Source: Lama guanicoe (Eukaryota). Taken from it: a DNA stretch of 61,915 bases. Below, piece after piece: positions 53,669 to 61,915 of the stretch (position 1 is its first letter; each line of letters begins with the position of its first letter). The notes beneath the pieces are model-generated. The model did not search any database. It was not told the origin of the DNA and saw only the letters and a program-made list of their open reading frames with translations. The translations under genes were made by a program, and so were the position numbers. The stretch covers positions 23,932,795-23,994,709 of the forward strand of contig MU054187.1 of assembly GCA_013239625.1 (NCBI GenBank), read 5' to 3'.

Positions 53669-53814
53669 TATAATCTTATCATGTCTTAGATTTCATTTGA
53701 TCAAAATAAAGCAGTTTAATTAATTTTCCTATTAAATTCTTATCTCTTGTAAACTGAGTATTGTGAAGAAACTAGAAAATTTCTGAAATTATATTAGTAA
53801 CCAAACTAAAAATT

Positions 53815-54125
53815 TGGTATATACATACAACAACATGGAAAGAACCTCAAATATAATATACTGAATGAAAGAAGTCATAAATAATCCAGAAAACTAAAGT
53901 CCAATATATAAAATTATAAAATTTATCCATAGTTACCTGAGAGATGGGTAAAAATTTGGGTTGACTACAAAGGGTATTAATAGTATATCTGAATGATGAA
54001 AATGACTTATGTCCTGAATGTGGTGGTTACATAGGCAAATTAATTTGTCAAAACTCATGAAAATGTGTACTTAAAATGAGGGCGTTTAGTTTGTGAATTT
54101 AGCTCAATATATTTGATGTTTTTTA
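53815..54125 (+). mobile_element. L1MB/ME-like 3'UTR
   Basis: atacaacaacatgga...ctgaatgaaagaagtca...atttgtcaaaactcat...gtacttaaaatg. Confidence 0.82.
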
Positions 54126-54498
54126 AAGTCTACAAACATTGTATTTATAGTGTATTTCAATTTTCAAGAAAATTATCCATGGCCTTGAACAAAACAAAAA
54201 AAAATATATTTCTTGCATCTGTTTTTGTTATTCATTCAAAAGCAAAGCATTTAAAAAGGTGTACAACATGGACATTTTTTTCCTATTGACTATGTATTGC
54301 TCATCTATTTCCCAAATAGCTCTATAGTCAGAGCTTCAACAAACAGAAAATCTAACACCAATTTAATAAAAAGTTTTCTTGGCACTCATTGTTAGTATGA
54401 ATATAACATTTTCTTAGATTTTTGCAAAAAATAAATTAAGCTAAGTCATCTGTAGACAGTGTTGGCTGCAATTACATTTTTTTGTTGTTGTTCATAAC

Positions 54499-55421
54499 TT
54501 TTTTTTAATTGAAGTATAGTCAGCTTACAATGTTGTGTCAGGAGCCAAGTCTGTTCCTCTTCTGTTGGAATGCAGGCTTCCAGACCCACTTCTGAGCTGT
54601 GATGCACAGCAGGTGGGGTTGGAGTGCTTTAAGGAGTCTTTGTTGACTCTGCCCTTGTTTCCGTGTTAACTGTGGGAATGTCAGTGCACTGCTCTAGTGT
54701 CCCCCAGATTCTCTGCCCTCAGGGCTACCAGTGCAGTTCCGCTGACTTCTGGATGGCACACCTGGATTGTGGTGCGCTATCAGATCAGCACCATCCCAGC
54801 ACCAAATGCTGCTCCTGCACTCATCCTGCTCCATGAAATCCACTCGCTGAGGCCTGTGCTGGTATGCCCCCCACCTTCATCTTTCTTTCTTTTTCTTAAG
54901 GGGTACCCAGGCTATACTGTTTTGTGTACACTCCCAGCCACGGTGCACAGCACACTCCTGTCCCCTGAGGCTGCCTCTGTGCAGTTGGCCCTAGTCCTCT
55001 GCCTGCTGCAGGCAGACAGTCTTGGCCCACACCCGATGGTTTGTGTCTAGGGCTGGGGGTCTCAGGGATGCTTTGTGCCCATTTCACTTAGTTCTGTTGG
55101 CCAAGGGCTGCTGTGCAAAGACCCAAGTCTCAGAGGTTCCCCCTCTGTCCTGCTGACCTCTCCGTTGGAGAGGGGGAGACCCAGCGTAAGAGCACTGTTC
55201 CTCCTTTGCCTCTCCCTCCCTGTGGGACAGGCCCCGCACTAATTTTTTTTTCTCCTACAAGATTTGTGATGAATTTTGTCTTTTGAAGAAGGCGATGTTC
55301 TGTCAAAGTTCAGCAGGTGTTCTGAGTGAATGGGTGGGTCCATAGATGTCTCTCTTGGTGTATTTATGGGAGAGGGTGAGCTAAGAACATCCTTCTACTC
55401 CGTCATACTGGCCACTCCTCC
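54499..55421 (-). mobile_element. Young L1 consisting of a ~880 bp 5'UTR fused to the last ~40 bp of the 3' end
   Basis: Right end reverse-complements to ggaggagtggccagtatgacggagtag (decayed caagatggcg L1 start). Left end matches the tail of the L1 at 21427-21744. Confidence 0.8.
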
Positions 55422-57061
55422 AAAAGTATCAAATTTAAATGTAGTATTGGCAAAGAATTTTAATTATTTTTCCAAAATGCTTCTTAAAGACCTAAAGACT
55501 TCTTAAAGGATTCTTGGTTTTAGGTAACAATTTTTTAACAACATAAAGAAAAATGAACAAAAGTATTTTAAATAATTTTACTCTCTAAATCTTTTTATAT
55601 GTGCTTAAGTACATATAGTTAAGCATATGTACAAAGCTTAAGATTAAAATATGTAGATAACAATATTTTCAAAACATCTACTCTTCTTGCAATTGACTTA
55701 ATTTTGTAAGTTTCAACCTCCAAACAATTGATTAAAAAAGCAGTTCACAAAATGGTATTTCAAATTATCTGAAGTCTGATTTTTGACTTTACCACTAATC
55801 TGCAACACATGGAAGGAATGTTACTTTTTAGATCTTTACTGTATTCATTTGGAATATAATAATTATCATAAATGGTAAGGTTTAAGCAAATAATGAAGAA
55901 ATATACATTAAGTGTATATGTTGATCTGGGAAACTTCCTAACAGCCCTTGCGTGAGGAGTGTGTGAACACCTCTGCCGCTGGGAGAGTCATCTATTCTGT
56001 TCGGCTTAAATAGATGCATGAATGAATGTTAAACTCAAGAGATACTCTCTTTTGCATGACTTCAAAATGTGATAACTCACATTTTAGATATCCTATATGC
56101 ATTTTGACTACTGTAACTTCCACTAGCTTCCTGAAAGATTATCAGATCAAACTCCCCAAATGTGGGATTGCTGATCAGAGAAACTTACACCTTCAGTACA
56201 TCCGTGATTTTGTCCTGCTACGCACTGCACTGTACCCTGGCACAAAACGGCTTACTTTACCTAATTACAGTGGTGTGAAGTTTCAAGCGGACATAATTTC
56301 GTAACATTTCCAGCAGCATAAAGCATAATTTTTCACAGAGTGCCGAATAAGCAATTTGAACTTTACAAAATGAATTGCAAAGCAAATTTTGACTGCTCAC
56401 AAATCTGTGTGCTATAGAAAGCAGTGAACTGGTGCTCCAAAAATCCTGGGTGAAAATGTTAGAGCTATTCAATTATCTTTTTGAAGTCCAAAATATGTTT
56501 TCCAAATAAATGTTAAAATTTGACTACCAAATTTTGTTTTATATGAGCCTACTCTTGTCTTGAATCTTTATCTTAGGGATCTCTGTAAGTTATTATTGTC
56601 GCACAGTTTCACTTTTGAGGCTATAGGTTTTAGTAATGCTCCTCTGTACTGGGTTATTACATCTTGACTGCATTTCTAAATATAGCAATCTTGCCAATAC
56701 AAAACTTAAGATAAGTGCATTCAGGGAAATAGATAAGTGATAATCTGGCTCCACATTTTCTGACATGTTAACATGATCAATGTGATCTGGTGCGTGCAGC
56801 AGCAGAGTCATCACAGGAAAACTTACCCCTTATTCTTACCACATTTAAACCACCTCTAGTCTTAATCCATCTCTAAAATATGAATCTGATATTCAGCTTA
56901 CTGAATTTTTAATCTTTGATAATATCTTGTACTCAAAGTCTCAAAGACTTAAAAGTCTGTAACTTCAAAACTTGGTACTTTTAAGTAAAATATTTTGTCT
57001 AAGTCATTTTCTAGTGGTAAACCTTTGCTGTCAAACAGGCCACTGAAGCTGTAGGTAGGTA

Positions 57062-57320
57062 AAGGAAAGAGATCAAGACGGTGGAGTTAGGAAGACTGGG
57101 CACTACCTCTCCCCATACACACACACACACAACTTCTAAATGTGGAGAAAAGTCTCACTGCAAAGAAACTGGAGGTGGGCAGAAAACTTACACAACCGAA
57201 CCTTTAGAAATATCCACACAGAACCTGGTAGGAGGAAAGAGAAGCAGTCAGTTCAGTACCTGCGCCCCTCAGCAGGGACACAGACAGGGAGGAGGATTAT
57301 ACGGACTCAGAGATCTTCCC
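57062..57320 (+). mobile_element. L1 5'UTR start (older family)
   Basis: gatcaagacggtggagttaggaagac...aaactggaggtgggcagaa...acctgcgcccct resembles a laurasiatherian L1 5' end. Confidence 0.7.
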
Positions 57321-57354
57321 ATTAAAATAATTAATTAGTTAATCAATTAATTAA

Positions 57355-57735
57355 GGAGGCTAAACTTATAGGAAGAGAAAATGGAATGGTAGTTGCCAGG
57401 GGCTGATGGCTTGGAGGAAGAAAGTATAGGCTAGTTAAAAAAGTACGAACTTTCAATTATAGGATGAATGAGGTCTGAGGGCCTAATATATAACATGGTA
57501 ACTATGGCTACCAATACTGTTTTGTATACTTAAAATTAACTGAGAGTATACATTAAGCATTCTCCTTTTGCCCAAAAGAAATAAATATAAAGTTAAACAT
57601 GTGGTGATGGACTTGTTAATTAACTTGACTATGGTAATAATTTCACAATGTGTATGTATATGAAATCATCATGTTGTACACTTTAAATACATTTCAGTTT
57701 TATTTGTCAAATATGCCTCAATAAAGCAGGAAACA
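57355..57735 (+). mobile_element. L1MA/MB-like 3'UTR
   Basis: gaatggtagttgccaggggctg...catgttgtacactttaaatac...tttatttgtcaaatatgcctcaataaagc. Confidence 0.9.
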
Positions 57736-58791
57736 TTAATAAAGCTTTGGACTTCAGGTAACATAAATAAAAAGGTATAGGAAGATGAAAATGTAAATTT
57801 ATTGGAATCTTCAGCTTAAAAACTATGAAAGTTACTCTGTTATTTCTATGTGGAAAGTTTGTCTGTATGTTAGATACAGAGTTTTTTTTTATAATTTTAT
57901 TTCTGCTAACAGCTTAAATAGCCTACCCTGAGACACCCAAGAGACCTAAATGACAATTAGTTTATTAAAAAATGAAGGACAGACTGTTATTGGTGAATAT
58001 GTATAAAGTTCGTGCATAATTACAACTGAAGTATCCTTTTTTAGAAACATGCCTCAAATGATCTAACTCCTGTGTCTGAGCTATCAGGGAGAAGGCCACA
58101 GTGCCAAGGGCGCATGTGGATGAGACCAAGTTTAAGCCCCTGATGCTTGTTTTTGATAAAACCAATGACCTCAGAAAGTGAAAGCAACAAGGTGCATATG
58201 ATACATATGTCCTCTGACTGTACGAGAAAGAACAGAATCTCGGTGTATGACACTTTCCTTCAGCCCCAAATATTACAGATTTTGAAGATATTAAGCACAA
58301 AGCACAATTCAAAAGAAAATCAGTTCTTACACAAACCTTTGAATTAAACCCTGGACTTTTTATACACTGATGAATTCGGTTGAGCAACTCTAAAGGAAAT
58401 CTTTACAGTCTCTACTTACTTGCTTAAAGTCAGAAACTTACACAAAATCTTCCACTGACACCCCCTGGGTATTTCCTTCTTTAGTTCTCTAAAGACAAAC
58501 ATGCTTTCTCTGAAAAAGTTTCTCAGGCAAAGTCCAAGATTAGAGAAGAAATAAGACATGAAAATCTGGCCACATTTCTAGTTCCCAAATAGTATTCTCT
58601 TAATTCTCCTCAAATCTTGTGATGCCCTGAAATAGGTAAATGGGAGGTGAACATCAGTCCTTTCCTTCTCAAGATTTCTCTGTCTTCTCTATTTCTTACT
58701 TGCTTTACCTTAATTGCACTTGTTCAGTAGAATTATTTTCTCTGCAATGGTGTTCTCTCTTGTAACTCAGTCTTTTTTTTCCCTCTTTCAG

Positions 58792-58965
58792 GAAGCTGTG
58801 GTGATGGAACAAGAGAAGGAAATTTATGACCACCATAATCACATAAAGAACAGGTTCAGAATGATGGGAAGGAAAAGACATACAGGTGGTATATTTGTTC
58901 AAAAAATTGCAAAGAAAGTCAGGGCAGTCAAGATACTGGCAGGAATACGCTACAGTGATGTGGAG
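58792..58965 (+). other. Candidate 174-nt exon (unverified, gene unknown)
   Basis: Strong acceptor tcttttttttccctctttcag|G, moderate donor GAG|gtataa, phase-0 frame open for 58 codons; no homology recognised. Confidence 0.25.
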
Positions 58966-59901
58966 GTATAAGCTTCTCCATCCCGCAAATGCGGATTACT
59001 TGTCTAAATGAATCAAGGTCAAGGCAGACCTTAGGAAAATTCATTGTCTCTCCAAGCTGAAGCCGTTCTGCACATAAGGACAGACCTCATCTAAGCCAGA
59101 CGTGTTCTCATACTTACGCCGTGTACATTATGACTAAAGAGCTGAGTAAAGTCTTGCACACTCAGGCCTGAGCGTGTCTCAGCATCCCAGGCTGAAGGAG
59201 GCTGGATCAATGATTTTCCAAACTTAACAGCTGCAGAAACAGCACGAAGGTTGGTTTGCCAAATGTTTCTAAGAGTCAGGCTAATAGATTCGTAGACTAA
59301 CCATAAATTTTATTCGATGTGTCCCCCATTCCAACATATTCTACTTTTATTATTAATATATTTTTATTCATTTACAATTTAAATATGAGAAAATATTTAT
59401 CAAATGTGCTTAGAAATTGAAGGACTTCAGATGTCATCTAGAATACCATGCCATATATATATGCGCACACACATATATAATGAATATATGTTATATATTA
59501 TACTATGGTTTAAGGGGTGAATGTAAAATAAATATGTATCTGTATGTTATAGAAAATTTCATAGTATATATAACATAGGTACATAGTATATTAATGATGA
59601 ATAATAAACATAATTCTTGACCACATATACACCTAAACACAATATATTCATATATTTTTATATAATAATAAATACATTTTATATTTATATATTTAATTAG
59701 GTTGAGAAGTATTCCTTATCTTAACCTTAGATTTAGTAATTGGTCAAACTAGACTATTAAAACTATTACTAGACTACAATCCCTGTCTGTTGAAAGATAA
59801 TCCAGTGCCCTTTCACCATTACCTTGTGTCCTAAAGCATGTCTCTGATAAATCTTTCATACTTAAATAATATCATGAAACCATTGTAATTCTTTTTCATC
59901 A

Positions 59902-61915
59902 CTTTTTTAAATTAAAAAAATTTTCAAATTAACACTGTAAAATGATTTTAGTTTTTACTGTAGAGATACATGAATGTTAAAATATGTATATATTTGTGTA
60001 GCCATCACTACAATCTGGATTAAAAAGCACTTTCATCCCCCAAAACATCCCTTGTCCTGTCCCTTTGCCGTCTTCCCTGTGGCAAACACTACTCTGTTCA
60101 CCATAACGGTCTCGTGTTTTTGACACTGCCATGTAATTGGAACCGTGTAAACTTTTGACACTGACTTCTTTCAATTAGCATATATCCTTGAGATTCATTC
60201 ATCCAAGCTACTTGTTCTTCTTTATTGCTAAATTATATTGCACTGTATAGATTACCAGCTTGCCCATTCACTAGGTGAAGGAATTTTAACTTTGTAGAAA
60301 TTGCCAGACTTTTTTTCCCGCAGAATACAATTTGCACTCCCTCCATCAATGCATAAGAGTTAGGTCATGTTAGTGACTATCTTTTTGTATGCTCATTTGT
60401 TGACCATACATGCCTTTGGTAAAGTTTCTGTGAAGTCATTTGCCATTTTTAAAATTGAGTTGGTTTCTTAAGTTTTGAAAATTTTTTATATATTCTAGAT
60501 AAAAGCCCATTATCAGATATGTGAATTGCAAATATTTTCTCCCAGTCTGTTGAACTGCCTCCGAATGTTCACCAAAAAGTCAACCGTGTCTACTTCTGGA
60601 CTCTGTATTCTGTTCCATTAATCTGTGTGTCTGTCTCTTCACTAATACTGCATTGTCTTGAATACTATAGCTTCATAGTAAGTTTTAAAAGCAGGTGGTA
60701 TAATACCTGTGTTTTATTATTTTCCAAATTTCTTTTATCTATTCTAGTTCAATCGTCTTTCCATATACACATTAAAATCATCTTGTCTGTAACAACAGAA
60801 GTTCCTCCTAGGATCTGTGTGGCATTGTTCTAATATAGAGATCAATACTGTGAAAATTGAAAACTTTACTATATTGAGTCTTCCAATCCTTGAACACAGG
60901 ATGGATTTCTTTTAATTTTTATCAGTTTTTCTAATGTTCAACATATATGTAGATCTTGCACATGTTTTGGTAAATTTATATCTATGTATATATTTTTATT
61001 TCTTTAGGAGAGCTAGTGTTAAGTGTCACTTAAAAAAAAAAACCTACCTTTGTTTCTAATGGTTTTAGTGTGCTGAAATAAGATTTTTTGCATGTATGTG
61101 TTGACCTTCCATTTTGTGACTGCAAATAAACTGATTGATCCTTAGCAGATATTTAAAATAGATTCCCTGGGGTTTTCTACATTGAAAATCAGTTTCTGTA
61201 AATACAGTTTAATTTCTTCCTTTCCTATCTGTATATCTCTTTTTTTCCTTGCTATAATACACTGGCAAGGCCTTCTAGGGCATTCTTGAATAGGAGTGAT
61301 GAAGGTAAACATTTTTTTATTGTTCTCAATCTTAGGGGATGACATTCTGTCTTTCAACGCAAAGAATGATGCTAGTGGTACTTTTTTTCCCCAACTTTTT
61401 CAAGTTGAGGAAATTCCCTTCAATTACTTGTCTTCTGATAGTTTTTGATGAATGAGTAGGTAATTTTGTCAGATACCATTTATGCATTAATTGGCATAGT
61501 CACATGCCTTTTCTTCTATAGACTTGTTAATATGGTGAATTACATTAACTAATTTTGAATACTGATCCAGTCTCCCTCATGCAGTATAAATGTCATTGGA
61601 TTATGATATATTCTTATTTTTACAAATTGTTGGATTTAATTTGCTAATATTTTGTTGCGGATTTTTGTATCTAGGTTCAAGAATGGTATTTGTCTTTATT
61701 TTCTTTTCTTAAAGGAGCTTTCACTGGTTTTACTCTCCATGTAGTACAGTCCCATAAAATGAGTTGTGATGTATTCACTCCTCTTCTACTGTCTGGAAGA
61801 AATTGTGAGGACTTGATGTTAAAACCTTTTTTTTTTTTAATGTTTGAATGAACTTGCTGGTAAAACCATTCAGGCCTGAAGATTTCTTTTGTAGAGATAC
61901 ATTCTTAGAATAAAT
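59902..61915 (-). mobile_element. Old L1 (L1MD/ME-like) 3'UTR and ORF2 relic, running off the window
   Basis: ORF 61142-61357 reads IQIGKEEIKL..VENPRES, similar to L1 RT IQIGKEEVKLSLFADDMILYLENPKDS; antisense 3'UTR at left. Confidence 0.9.

Noticed and set aside
54697..55087. ORFs in the GC-rich block, possible CpG-island gene
   Set aside because: The block is an L1 5'UTR, and GC content explains the open frames.
56761..56779. catgttaacatg palindrome as a p53 site
   Set aside because: The CATG cores are 4 nt apart, whereas a p53 element needs 6.
57965..58387. 140-aa minus-strand ORF
   Set aside because: Non-ATG start and no recognisable protein features.
1..61915. CRISPR array, operon or prokaryote-style novel system
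   Set aside because: The DNA is mammalian and repeat-rich, with no regularly spaced repeat-spacer array and no gene-dense coding region.

Overview
AT-rich, CpG-poor mammalian genomic DNA that looks intronic or intergenic. Two tRNA-derived SINEs and the young L1 3' ends resemble camelid (alpaca/camel) repeats, but that taxon call is an inference from recalled consensus sequences. The window is dominated by decayed transposons: L1 of several ages, L2, MIR, MaLR/ERVL LTRs and internal regions, a MER41-like ERV1 solo LTR and two Tigger2/MER8-like MITEs. I find no protein-coding gene, RNA gene or CRISPR array that I can support. The listed ORFs are chance frames or broken L1 ORF2 pieces. I see no evidence for a new biological system. 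The most unusual structures are: (i) two L1 copies whose 5' promoter end is joined almost directly to the 3' tail, arranged head-to-head around a unique 1.6 kb spacer (54.5-57.7 kb); (ii) a MER41-like LTR with altered STAT motifs; (iii) a ~1.1 kb L1 inverted repeat; (iv) a 174-nt frame-preserving candidate exon at 58792-58965. Subfamily names were assigned by eye, and boundaries of old repeats are approximate.
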